From Dehalococcoidia bacterium (lineage in GTDB: Bacteria > Chloroflexota > Dehalococcoidia > GIF9 > UBA5629), in the NCBI GenBank assembly GCA_041653995.1, contig JBAZEK010000001.1:1030613-1094612 (forward strand): 64,000 nt of DNA, read 5' to 3'. The notes under the pieces were generated by a model. That model was given only the letters and a program-made list of their open reading frames with translations. It was not told the DNA's origin and made no database searches. Numbering within the stretch: position 1 is the stretch's first letter; each line of letters begins with the position of its first letter. Shown here piece by piece: positions 31,276-40,518 of this stretch. The translations under genes were made by a program, and so were the position numbers.

Positions 31276-31530
31276 TTATTTCACCCGCCTTTTTATATCC
31301 TTTAAGCCTGCGTTTCCAATTATCGGTAAATATTGGTACGACTTCTTCTGTCTTCCTTTTGCACTAAAGTTCCCCTGTGGTTTTCTCACAAAATGACAGT
31401 CTACCTCATCAATAAGCCATCTCCGTCCAATGTAGAGTGCATTAATCCGTCCCTCTGACAAAAGCTTACGAACCCGTCTCTCAGATATACCAAGCCTTTC
31501 TGCTGCCTGTGGAACCGTAAGTAGTTTCAT
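31276..31530 (-). CDS. excisionase-family (HTH_17/MerR-like) DNA-binding protein
   Basis: 84 aa; LLTVPQAAERLGISERRVRKLLSEGRINALYIGRRWLI matches excisionase/Xis HTH pattern; adjacent to attL. Confidence 0.6.
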   Translation of the reverse strand: MKLLTVPQAAERLGISERRVRKLLSEGRINALYIGRRWLIDEVDCHFVRKPQGNFSAKGRQKKSYQYLPIIGNAGLKDIKRRVK

Positions 31531-31823
31531 TCAATTACCTTCTATCATTTTAATATTATACCGTTATCGGAATAATGTCAAGTATAATTACAAGCTAAAA
31601 TATCTTTTCTTTTTGCCGCATTTTTCCATAATACTCCGCAGAATTTTTTCAAATCGTATTTAAATTAAGTTTTAAAAGTTCAAGAATGAGGGTTTATAAT
31701 ATGCATATAAACTGGAAGCATATGGAAGGAAGCACGATAGAAAGTTAGAACGTAAGCAAGCGAGTAAGCAAGAAGGAAAGCAGGCGAGCAGGGAAGCTAT
31801 GTTGCTTTCCTTTTTTTAATTTT

Positions 31824-32057
31824 TTGATTCGGAGGTACGAAATGACTGAAAACAAGGTCAAGGAAATTAGATTGAGCAAATGCATGAATCAGAGAGAACT
31901 GGCAGAGAGAGCTCATATCTGTCAAACAGCTATTTCAGACATTGAAAGGGGGGTAAGACTACCATGGAAAGCAGCGTCTGAAAAGCTTGCTATTGCATTG
32001 GGTGTCACAATCGAGGAATTATTCCCAAACAATCTTAGGGGAGGTAAAAATTGCTAA
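31824..32057 (+). CDS. XRE-family HTH regulator
   Basis: 77 aa; MNQRELAERAHICQTAISDIERG. Confidence 0.65.
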   Translation: MIRRYEMTENKVKEIRLSKCMNQRELAERAHICQTAISDIERGVRLPWKAASEKLAIALGVTIEELFPNNLRGGKNC

Positions 32058-32398
32058 ACAAAAATAGAACGTCTTTAAAGCTGGGAAACAAGAAAGTAGG
32101 CTACTTTGAAGGTGATAAATTCATCAAACCCGTAATCGGCTCAAAGCATCTGCTGAAATTTCCTTACCAAGCTTGGGCAATTGATGCCAAAGTATTTGAC
32201 GATGAAATTAAACCTAACGCCAATTATTTTATTGTAAGAGATAGGGAGTCGGGGCTTGAATATAGTTGTACGGTAAAGGACTTCGACAATTTAAAGCGAA
32301 CCATTAACAGAGGGTATGGTAAGCAGTACAGTCTATCTCTAAAACATTGGAAAATAGCAGCTATGGAAGACGCTGAAGCTTCCAGTAACGCAACATAG
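32051..32398 (+). CDS. hypothetical protein
   Basis: 115 aa ORF on island, AT-rich codon usage consistent with neighbours. Confidence 0.4.
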   Translation: MLNKNRTSLKLGNKKVGYFEGDKFIKPVIGSKHLLKFPYQAWAIDAKVFDDEIKPNANYFIVRDRESGLEYSCTVKDFDNLKRTINRGYGKQYSLSLKHWKIAAMEDAEASSNAT

Positions 32399-32579
32399 AG
32401 TAGTGCAGCACCCGTTTTAGTAGTTGGAGGTGCTGTGTAAAAATGGTATTAGACAGAAGGAAAAGGCTGATGGAGGAGGGTATGACTCGCCATGATATTT
32501 CAGGAGCCTACTTATTTAATCAATTCAAGTGAGTTGTAATAGATGGTCATACCTATTCGATGGTCTTAAGGAGGAAAAT

Positions 32580-33026
32580 ATGATTCAGGGCATAGAAAAT
32601 TATATAAATTTAACAGATACCAAGAATGAATGGGCAAAATTTCTAAATGGCTTTGAATGGCATTGGTTCTTTACTCTCACATTTGATAAAAAGGTAAGTG
32701 ATGACTTGGCATACAAGCAATTCTTTAGGTGGAAGAATTGGATAAAGAGTTCAGTAGGACACAGAATTTTCTATCTAATTATTCCTGAGCGTCCCAAGTA
32801 TAAGGGAGATAATACTCATATTCATGGATTTCTTAATGGTGTTGAAAATGAGAAACCCTACATATGGAGAAGGAAATGGGAGGCAATGGCAGGCTTTTCT
32901 CGGATTCAACCCTATGATAGTTCAAGGGGTGCAAGCTATTATCTAGCGGATAAAATTGTATTTAAAGAAGAGGATATTTATCATAGCAAAGACCTAAATA
33001 TGATAAAGATAAATACACTCAATTAA
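32580..33026 (+). CDS. putative rolling-circle replication initiator (HUH endonuclease, Rep-like)
   Basis: ATG 32580 after AAGGAGG; motif I FFTLTF, motif II (HUH) THIHGFL, candidate motif III Y-x-x-K in ASYYLADKIVFK. Confidence 0.5.
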   Translation: MIQGIENYINLTDTKNEWAKFLNGFEWHWFFTLTFDKKVSDDLAYKQFFRWKNWIKSSVGHRIFYLIIPERPKYKGDNTHIHGFLNGVENEKPYIWRRKWEAMAGFSRIQPYDSSRGASYYLADKIVFKEEDIYHSKDLNMIKINTLN

Positions 33027-33094
33027 ATCCATTATATATATCAATATGATTATTACTACAAACATCAATATTTATTTCTTTTACTTTTACTTTT

Positions 33095-33150
33095 CCTTAT
33101 GCCCCTTTTTTATTTTTGCCCCAAATATGAATTAAATATAAATATCTACA
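33095..33150. repeat. iteron-like repeat cluster downstream of rep (GCCCCTTTTTTATTTTTGCCCC ... AAATATAAATATCTACAA)
   Basis: GGGGCAAAAA(T/G)A(A/G)AAAAAGGGG-type motif recurs inverted at ~40250..40275; AAATATAAATATCTACAA recurs at 34199..34216. Confidence 0.45.
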
Positions 33151-33231
33151 ATTAATTGCATAAAATTGGGGCATAGGGAAAAAATCACATATAAAATTCA
33201 AATAGAAAGTCAGGAGGAATCAGTAAGTAAA

Positions 33232-33858
33232 ATGAGTACAATAATTTCAAAACCTACGACAATTCAAATTAGCATGCTTGGGACACATGCCTTTTGTGAA
33301 TATAGGATATATCTTGAGCTTGTTATGGGTTTTAAAGCACGAGGTACACCAGAAATGCTTGAAGGCACAAAAGCACACTCAAGGATAAATACGATGGCTT
33401 TCTTAACGAGAGATTCAAATATTAGCATTGAGGATGCGTTGCTCCAAGCAGAGTCAGACGGAAGAGAAATAACAAAAAGGAACGTACGGGTAACAGGTAA
33501 GATACTACGTGGGAATATCGATGAAATTCACATTGGGCCAAAAGAAATTACGATTATAGATGATAAAAAATGGGCAGAGCATTATCCATCATATAAAAAT
33601 CAAGTCTTTGGCTATTGCCTTGCGTTTAAAGAACAATACAACCCAAAGCAGCCGATATACGGTGCCATAAAGAATTATCAGTCTGGAAAGGAAGTCTGGA
33701 AAAAACAATTTTCAGTTTTGGAAGAGGAATATATAAACGGCATTGTTCAAAGAATACTGGGGATAATTCGTGAGGATATCACTCCAAAACCCATTGGTGT
33801 TAGAGAAGTATGCTGGCAATGTGGATTTAAAAATTACTGCAATGTAAGGACACGATAG
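33232..33858 (+). CDS. Cas4-like/DUF83 PD-(D/E)xK nuclease with 4-Cys Fe-S site
   Basis: ATG 33232 after AGGAGG; N-terminal Cys (HAFCEY), IDEI...IIDDKK (D/ExK), QVFGY (QhxxY), C-terminal CWQCGFKNYC (CxxCx5C). Confidence 0.6.
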   Translation: MSTIISKPTTIQISMLGTHAFCEYRIYLELVMGFKARGTPEMLEGTKAHSRINTMAFLTRDSNISIEDALLQAESDGREITKRNVRVTGKILRGNIDEIHIGPKEITIIDDKKWAEHYPSYKNQVFGYCLAFKEQYNPKQPIYGAIKNYQSGKEVWKKQFSVLEEEYINGIVQRILGIIREDITPKPIGVREVCWQCGFKNYCNVRTR

Positions 33859-33895
33859 CAAAATGGTGGAAAAAGGAAAAAGAAGAAACTAACTA

Positions 33896-34159
33896 CTATA
33901 CTGCCTTGAAACCCACAATAAAGTAATTTGATTTATCAAATATAAGTCTTATCTTGTGTTCTGAATTATCCTTGCCGGCCAGGGCAATTAAGAATGATAG
34001 CTTCTTTGGATTAGTAACTGTCTTAGAAATTGGACGATGGACAATAAAACCCTCAAGTTCAATCTTCACATATCTACAGCCAGTCTTCGGATATGGCAAA
34101 TCCTTCTCTTCCACAATATCTATATATTTGCATATGGCTGAATTTGTCCTTCTTGGCAT
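33896..34159 (-). CDS. hypothetical protein
   Basis: 87 aa ORF on island; no motifs. Confidence 0.3.
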   Translation of the reverse strand: MPRRTNSAICKYIDIVEEKDLPYPKTGCRYVKIELEGFIVHRPISKTVTNPKKLSFLIALAGKDNSEHKIRLIFDKSNYFIVGFKAV

Positions 34160-34526
34160 ATTTATTTCCTTTCTTCCCTTTTCCGCTAAATTTAAACTAA
34201 ATATAAATATCTACAAATTATTATATTAAATCCACAACCAAATTTGAATATGAATGCCACAGATAAATGGCGGAAAAGAAAAAGAGTCTTAGAGATATTA
34301 TTATTTTGTATTATTTTCTTTAATAGTCAGATAGCAAGTGTGGCTAAGGGCAATTTTACCTTTAAAAATATTGAATCTGGTTGTCATTTGTCTAGTGCTT
34401 TAAAAATAGAAAACCTTCACGTGTGAGAAATGCCAGTAGCACGTGTATTAGAAGCGGCATTTTAAATAAAATCTTAGCCCAAAGTCATAGCAAATATAGA
34501 TTGTTGCATGCGTCCTTTTAATACGA

Positions 34527-34610
34527 TAGAATACGGTCAATGTAGTGAGGCTGGGGAGATGAAATATTTACTTGCTTGTTTCATAGCACTATTCGTTATA
34601 TCAGCCTGTG
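34527..34610 (+). repeat. 84-bp module (5' UTR + RBS + lipoprotein signal peptide MKYLLACFIALFVISAC) duplicated identically at 40435..40518
   Basis: exact identity of ATAGAATACGGTCAATGTAGTGAGGCTGGGGAGATGAAATATTTACTTGCTTGTTTCATAGCACTATTCGTTATATCAGCCTG; weaker similarity extends ~80 bp upstream. Confidence 0.8.
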
Positions 34611-36502
34611 CATCTCAAGTCCATGTTGGTGACCAAGCTCCAAACTTCACACTGACAGATATAAATGGTAAACGTATTAGTCTGCAAGATTTTCGTGGCA
34701 AGCAGGTTGTTCTTTATCTTTGGTTTTTATATTGTCCTGAATGTACAGAAGACCTTGCTGAGATTCAAGAGTTGAATAATAATAGTGACGAAAGAGTCAT
34801 TAAGTTCCTAACCATTAACCCAGAAAATTCATCAAAAGACGTTGCGGATTTTTTCACTAAAAATGGATATAGTTTCCCAGTTTTGTTTGATTTAGATGGA
34901 AGTATTTACAAGCAATATAATTTACGACCTCGGTCTGCACCCTACACAATAATTATTGCTCCTGATGGAAAGATTAACAATATTACAGTGGGGAATCTTC
35001 ATTATCAAGGTGGTTTAAAACGGTTAATTGGAGATAACGTAACATCCTTCAGTCCAAGTGCACAAACTCAAAAGACTCCAATAATTATCGTACCCAGTTT
35101 ACAATCTCATGGTGTCGATGAACTTGCTTATGTATCTAGCGAAACGAACACGAACTCTATATATGTCGTGAATGCAAACGGGGAATATATTGCTAACTCA
35201 TCTGGAAAAATGGATGCATTATACCATGTTAGTTGGTCGCCAAACGGAGATAAGATTATTTTTGAAGTGGTTAAAGATATCAATATAGACCAGAGAAATA
35301 TGACCCTTATTTCTTCGTCTGATATTTATTCTCTTGATATTAAAGACCATGAAGAGCGTAGACTTACTTCAAATTATCCGTATAGCAATTGTTCTCCCAC
35401 ATGGATTGAAGACGATAAAATCGTATTTTATTCAACAAGGGGAAGTTCGTATGGCAGTTTTTTACAAAATATATACATCATGAACGCAGACGGAAGTAAT
35501 CAGATAAATTTAACTAATTGTGCAGAGAATGTACCTATGGTATTAGAACCAATATTATCGCCTGACCACTTGTCTGCAGCATATATTACGGGTAAGTTAT
35601 TCGATGAAGATATATATGTGATAAACCTAGTGAATGGAAATAAATTTGAAATAGGCCATAATCCAACATTTGCACCCTGGACTTGGTGGTCTCCAAACAG
35701 TAAACAGATAGCGTATATATCTGCCTCTCTAAACGGGGGGCCTGAATCATTTTATCTCTACGATGTCGAAAAACAGAAACCGATAAAATACTATGATAGC
35801 CCTCAATCTTATTCTATTATGGAAATAGCATGGTCGCCAGACAGTAACAAAGTCGCTATTTTTGAAAAACCGCAGAGCTTGTATGTTTTAGATTGTCTGA
35901 GTTCCAAGTTTACAAAACTTGATGGGATATGTGACTGGGTAGTAGAGATGAAATGGATACCTAATAACCAACAAATAGCCATTATTGGTGACAGGTTTAC
36001 AAACAGAAACTTGTATGTAATTGATATTGGTGAGCAGAGTAAGCATAAAATCAATCCAGAGGGAACGGCAGTCGAGTCGTATCGATGGTCAACTGATAAT
36101 ACAAGAATCATTTATTGCTTAGATGATGGATATCTTTACACAACTTTCCTACCCAACTTAAATACCATAAAACTAATGCAACTTAATAAAAATACGATAA
36201 AAGGGTTAGCTTTGTCACCAGACGGTTTATTAATCGCTGTTGCTCTGAGTGACGATACTCTAACTGTAATTTCATTAAACAATAACAAGGTGTGCTTGTT
36301 AACTAATGATTATTACAATATTGGAGCAATTTCTTGGTCGCAAAACAGTAACATACTTGCATTTGAATACGGAACTTTATGGGATAGTCCGTTTGTATGC
36401 AGTAACATTCAAATCATCAATTTCGAAAACGAGGAACAGTTCATTAAATTAGATAAACCAATCTCAGGACGCTCTCCAATTTGGGCGAGAAAGGAAAAAT
36501 AA
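34559..36502 (+). CDS. exported lipoprotein: TlpA/ResA-like thioredoxin-fold domain (CPEC) + TolB-like beta-propeller
   Basis: lipobox ISAC; APNFTLTDINGKRISLQDFRGKQVVLYLWFLYCPEC redoxin; C-terminal repeated W-S-P-D/N-G/S blades (SWSPNGDKIIF, AWSPDSNKVAIF, RWSTDNTRIIY, ALSPDGLLIAV, SWSQNSNILAF). Confidence 0.75.
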   Translation: MKYLLACFIALFVISACASQVHVGDQAPNFTLTDINGKRISLQDFRGKQVVLYLWFLYCPECTEDLAEIQELNNNSDERVIKFLTINPENSSKDVADFFTKNGYSFPVLFDLDGSIYKQYNLRPRSAPYTIIIAPDGKINNITVGNLHYQGGLKRLIGDNVTSFSPSAQTQKTPIIIVPSLQSHGVDELAYVSSETNTNSIYVVNANGEYIANSSGKMDALYHVSWSPNGDKIIFEVVKDINIDQRNMTLISSSDIYSLDIKDHEERRLTSNYPYSNCSPTWIEDDKIVFYSTRGSSYGSFLQNIYIMNADGSNQINLTNCAENVPMVLEPILSPDHLSAAYITGKLFDEDIYVINLVNGNKFEIGHNPTFAPWTWWSPNSKQIAYISASLNGGPESFYLYDVEKQKPIKYYDSPQSYSIMEIAWSPDSNKVAIFEKPQSLYVLDCLSSKFTKLDGICDWVVEMKWIPNNQQIAIIGDRFTNRNLYVIDIGEQSKHKINPEGTAVESYRWSTDNTRIIYCLDDGYLYTTFLPNLNTIKLMQLNKNTIKGLALSPDGLLIAVALSDDTLTVISLNNNKVCLLTNDYYNIGAISWSQNSNILAFEYGTLWDSPFVCSNIQIINFENEEQFIKLDKPISGRSPIWARKEK

Positions 36503-36527
36503 GAAATTTCAAAAATGGAGACTGAAT

Positions 36528-36824
36528 ATGACTGGCGAATTGGGAAATTTTGTTATCGTCATGGGATTACCCTGTTTAGGAGCGCTGTTAATAGCTTTTT
36601 GTTCATTACCAACCGATAAATGGACAATAAAACACACTTTTATGTTGGTGGGAACTTCACTAATTTTTATTAGCTTTATTTTGCAAGCATATCAGATTAT
36701 TGATAAATACCCTGATAAAAATGAATATATATTTGGATGGTGGATTGTCGGTTTAGCTACCGTTATCATGGCTATAATAGGGCAAATTATTAGAATCAGA
36801 TACGGTAAAAGTTGGTTCCAATAG
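36528..36824 (+). CDS. small 3-TM membrane protein
   Basis: 98 aa hydrophobic ORF directly after lipoprotein gene. Confidence 0.4.
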   Translation: MTGELGNFVIVMGLPCLGALLIAFCSLPTDKWTIKHTFMLVGTSLIFISFILQAYQIIDKYPDKNEYIFGWWIVGLATVIMAIIGQIIRIRYGKSWFQ

Positions 36825-36920
36825 GATAATAAAATAGTGGGAAAGGAAAGAGAAGGAAATTTAATTAGCTATCTATATTTAAGATAAGAGTGACTTATAG
36901 AACTTCATTGAGGTTGGGAG

Positions 36921-37451
36921 ATGCAACAACAGTATCAATGCCCTAATTGTAGGTATCCAGTTGCTTATGGGAATAATTTCTGTGGACATTGTAGACAACA
37001 ACTAATCTGGCAACAATTAATGCCACCTTCACCACCAGTACACCATCAGCAAACACCACAAGGCATTATTGGGAAATCACACGAGCAAAACACTTCTGGA
37101 CAAGGTGGTCAATCAATAATACCCGATGAAAAGCGTATTAAACTTCCAAAACTCAATATTCGTTTCGACTTTGAGTTGTTTCAAGCAATTGAGGACAATG
37201 ACCGTAAACTGGCTGAACAGCTCAAAGCAAAATATGGGGATGATGTTTATAATTCCAATTTTTATAACCTGCTTAGTATCGAAGACGCTAACTCAGTAGA
37301 CTCACTTCATCTTAAACTAGTATCAGTTGAAAAAATGAATTTCAATGATATTTTATGCGAAAGTATCAAAATAGAGACTGAAAAAGTACGCAAAAGGATA
37401 GAGGAGCTTGAGAATATAAAAAATTTACGCAACGGGATTGAGGAAGTGTAA
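36921..37451 (+). CDS. zinc-ribbon (MQQQYQCPNC...CGHC) + coiled-coil protein
   Basis: 176 aa; N-terminal CPNC-x11-CGHC; member of the window-wide MQQxYxCPxC family. Confidence 0.55.
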   Translation: MQQQYQCPNCRYPVAYGNNFCGHCRQQLIWQQLMPPSPPVHHQQTPQGIIGKSHEQNTSGQGGQSIIPDEKRIKLPKLNIRFDFELFQAIEDNDRKLAEQLKAKYGDDVYNSNFYNLLSIEDANSVDSLHLKLVSVEKMNFNDILCESIKIETEKVRKRIEELENIKNLRNGIEEV

Positions 37452-37461
37452 GGAACTGACT

Positions 37462-37505
37462 AAACCCCTGAAACTGGCAGCTCGAGTAAGAAAAATGGCG
37501 GGAAA
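37462..37505 (+). repeat. ~44-bp intergenic repeat (AACCCCTGAAACTGGCAGCTCGAGTAAGAAAAATGGCGG), second copy 39411..39455
   Basis: ~90% identity; each sits between a stop codon and next start; in second copy ATGGCGG is the start of the HEPN-like gene. Confidence 0.6.
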
Positions 37506-37511
37506 GAAAAT

Positions 37512-39368
37512 TTGATTTATATGTTATGGGATGATACGTATCGTAAAGATGCAGCGGAGTATGAAATCTATCTGCGTATGCATCATAAAGAAAAAAACGA
37601 TTACGAGAAGCTTTTATCTAATCTTGAACGTGAGTGGTCAGAAAAATCAGTTAAAGAAGAAAACTACATATCGCTTAAAAAGGAATACACAGCGAAACTA
37701 CAGGAAACAAAGAAGTACATTTCAAAGCTGAAATTCCAGATTACAGCACTCATTAAAAAATGTAATAAAGACATAGATAAAATCGATAGCCAAATTGAAC
37801 AAATTAAATTGCGGCACAAAGTTGGTGAATATTCAGAGGAGAAACTCAAAGAACTATTATCACCATCTGAAACAGAAAGAAGGCAATTTGAATCCTTAAT
37901 AATCGAACTGAAACGCATACATGGCTTGAAATATATACCTAAACCAACTACCGATGATGTTGTATCAGAAACAGAACCGAGTCAGCCTAGAAGGTCTCCT
38001 ATCCCAACGTCATCTACTTCTATTTCAACAGCTGAAGAGCAAGCCCCCGAAATATCAGCACCAATGAGTTTTGAAGAACCGCCTCCTATTTTGGTACCTG
38101 CTGTATTTAAAAAGTCTTCACCTGTAAGAGTAAAGAAGAGTCTGTGGATTATGGCTTCGATTACTATGTTTGTAATATTAATTCTCTGTTTTGTTATTTG
38201 GAATATAGAAGTGCATAAAAAGGTAATCCCTCAGATTGGAGACCAAGCTCCAAACTTCTCTCTCCCAGATATGAATGGTAAAACGGTTAACCTTCAGGAC
38301 TTTCACGGAAAGGGTGTTGTTCTTTACCTTTGGGACACATCATGTCCTTACTGCAAAAATGACCTTAGCTGGATAAATGAATTAAATGGCTGCACCTATG
38401 ACGAAGCAATAATATTTTTAACTATTAATATCTCAGATTCACGTGGAACAGCTATTAAATATTTTGAGGAAAATGGATATAGTATTCCCGTTTTAAATGA
38501 TATGCGTGGGACGGTTATTAAGCAGTATGTAAAGTACACCTTAGGCCATACGTATCCAGATACTATTCTTATTGGTTCAAATGGCCAGATTCGTAATGTA
38601 AAAGTCGGGCCCTTCCAAAGCAAGACTGAATTAAAAACATTTATAGAATCAGGTTTAACCCCCCGTTGGGATAATACTCCTCCACAAATTTATGATATTA
38701 ATCTTTCTAAGGCCTCTATTTTGAGTTGGAAAACGGATGAGGAAACACATAGTAATATACAAGGGTTTCGTAATAGTGTCGGAGGTGCTGGAGTCACTCT
38801 TGGTGAAAATTGGACAAGATATCATAGCGTAAATGAAACAGTTTGCACTAATGGCTACTATGACCAAATTCAAATCAACTCGTATGACCGCTGCGGTAAT
38901 TCTGCTTCAAAAGTTTTTACACTGCCCAACTGCATAAATTTAGGTTGTAGAGCTCCTGATTTCACAGCAACTTCAACTAATAATCAGGATATAACGCTGT
39001 CCGCAGTACCTAGCAAAATGACTCTACTTCACTTCTGGCTACTCGGATGTGGTGCATGTGAAAAGGAACTTCCATTAATCCAAAAACTATATTATGAGCG
39101 TCCTAGAGAAGAACTTGAGATATTGGCTGTGAATGTTAGAGGTGACATATACAGCATAAATGACTTCGTTACTGCAAATGGTTATAGATTAATTATTTTA
39201 CTAGATACAGAAGGCATAATAGATGCCGCCTATCATAATCCAAGGTTCCCCACAACCTTTTTATTGGATTGCAATAAGGTAATTATTAACAAGCATGACG
39301 GTGCCTTTCAAAATTATGAAGAAATCGTTGATTTTGTAGGTCAGTATCCAAAACTTCCTGGTAAATAG
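37512..39368 (+). CDS. bitopic protein: cytoplasmic coiled-coil, one TM helix, two periplasmic TlpA-like thioredoxin-fold domains (CPYC, CGAC)
   Basis: 618 aa; TM SLWIMASITMFVILILCFVIW; APNFSLPDMNGKTVNLQDFHGKGVVLYLWDTSCPYC; second redoxin LLHFWLLGCGACEKEL. Confidence 0.7.
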   Translation: MIYMLWDDTYRKDAAEYEIYLRMHHKEKNDYEKLLSNLEREWSEKSVKEENYISLKKEYTAKLQETKKYISKLKFQITALIKKCNKDIDKIDSQIEQIKLRHKVGEYSEEKLKELLSPSETERRQFESLIIELKRIHGLKYIPKPTTDDVVSETEPSQPRRSPIPTSSTSISTAEEQAPEISAPMSFEEPPPILVPAVFKKSSPVRVKKSLWIMASITMFVILILCFVIWNIEVHKKVIPQIGDQAPNFSLPDMNGKTVNLQDFHGKGVVLYLWDTSCPYCKNDLSWINELNGCTYDEAIIFLTINISDSRGTAIKYFEENGYSIPVLNDMRGTVIKQYVKYTLGHTYPDTILIGSNGQIRNVKVGPFQSKTELKTFIESGLTPRWDNTPPQIYDINLSKASILSWKTDEETHSNIQGFRNSVGGAGVTLGENWTRYHSVNETVCTNGYYDQIQINSYDRCGNSASKVFTLPNCINLGCRAPDFTATSTNNQDITLSAVPSKMTLLHFWLLGCGACEKELPLIQKLYYERPREELEILAVNVRGDIYSINDFVTANGYRLIILLDTEGIIDAAYHNPRFPTTFLLDCNKVIINKHDGAFQNYEEIVDFVGQYPKLPGK

Positions 39369-39410
39369 ATAATTTCTTGATATTAAGAAATCGAGGTGTA
39401 CTGGTCTGAA

Positions 39411-39455
39411 CCCCTGAAACTGGACAGCTTGAGTAAGAAAAATGGCGGAAAAAGA
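39411..39455 (+). repeat. second copy of ~44-bp intergenic repeat
   Basis: AACCCCTGAAACTGGACAGCTTGAGTAAGAAAAATGGCGG. Confidence 0.6.
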
Positions 39456-39951
39456 AATGCAACAGGAGGAGCATCCCCTAAATATGGGGAAGCTACTTGT
39501 GAATTTCCAATCACTTGAGATAGCTCTCCGTCTATTTCTTTATAATGATGAAATTGCCTCTAGAGTTTCATCTCCTCAGGCGGTAAACCTAAATGCTATG
39601 AATGCGGGGGATATAGTAGCTGAAAATGCGTTCACAAACTATGATAGTCTAAGTCAACTCATTGATAAATATAATAACCATCCCAACATCATATCGACAG
39701 GTCTAACCATTGATAAGACTTTAGTGGACATACGTGATGCAATAGCTCATGGAAGAGTCGCTGGAGTCACTCCTTTGCTTGTGCCTCCTTTAAAACTAAT
39801 GAAGTTTGATAAACCAAAGAACAAAAGTGTGAAAGTAACATTTAGCGTTTTATTGACAAGGGAATGGTTCATTCTAGAGATGGCTAAGGTTCAAGATGCA
39901 GTTTTTAAAGTCTTTCAAGCTATCCAAATAATACAGAGTGCTAAGACATAA
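39442..39951 (+). CDS. hypothetical protein with HEPN-like R-x4-H motif
   Basis: 169 aa; IRDAIAHGR contains Rx4H; predicted all-alpha. Confidence 0.4.
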   Translation: MAEKEMQQEEHPLNMGKLLVNFQSLEIALRLFLYNDEIASRVSSPQAVNLNAMNAGDIVAENAFTNYDSLSQLIDKYNNHPNIISTGLTIDKTLVDIRDAIAHGRVAGVTPLLVPPLKLMKFDKPKNKSVKVTFSVLLTREWFILEMAKVQDAVFKVFQAIQIIQSAKT

Positions 39952-40434
39952 GTGGTGCCCTCTGAAATCGCTCTGAGGGGCTGAAATCAGGGTGTTGCAT
40001 ATTGAACATGACGGATTCCACCTGTCATTACTATTCCAGCTTAATTAGAGCCTTTAAAGTATTAAACAGTAAAGGTAATAACTCTACTTCCTTTCCCTTA
40101 AGCCCCTTTATTATTTCTTCGCCTAAGTTTCCGTTCAAGTGAATTATGTCGCTTTTAAGACCAACAAACGCTGGTACACCATAAACACGTTTACGTTCAA
40201 GCCAATTATGTCGTTTTGCATATATTATTTCCAGCTTAAATTAACTACAGAAAAATGGGGCAAAAAGAGAAAAAGGGGAATTATATATCAATTTATTGTC
40301 AATAATCTTTGAAATACTATTACTTCATCTGAGAGAGATGCCAGCAGCTAAGTGTAACGGCATTGAATTTTAAATAACTTCTCAGCCCAAAGTGGTAACG
40401 CATATAGGTCTATTGCATAAGTATTGTTCATATA

Positions 40435-40518
40435 ATAGAATACGGTCAATGTAGTGAGGCTGGGGAGATGAAATATTTACTTGCTTGTTTCATAGCACTA
40501 TTCGTTATATCAGCCTGC
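40435..40518 (+). repeat. second copy of 84-bp 5'UTR+signal-peptide module
   Basis: identical to 34527..34610. Confidence 0.8.
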
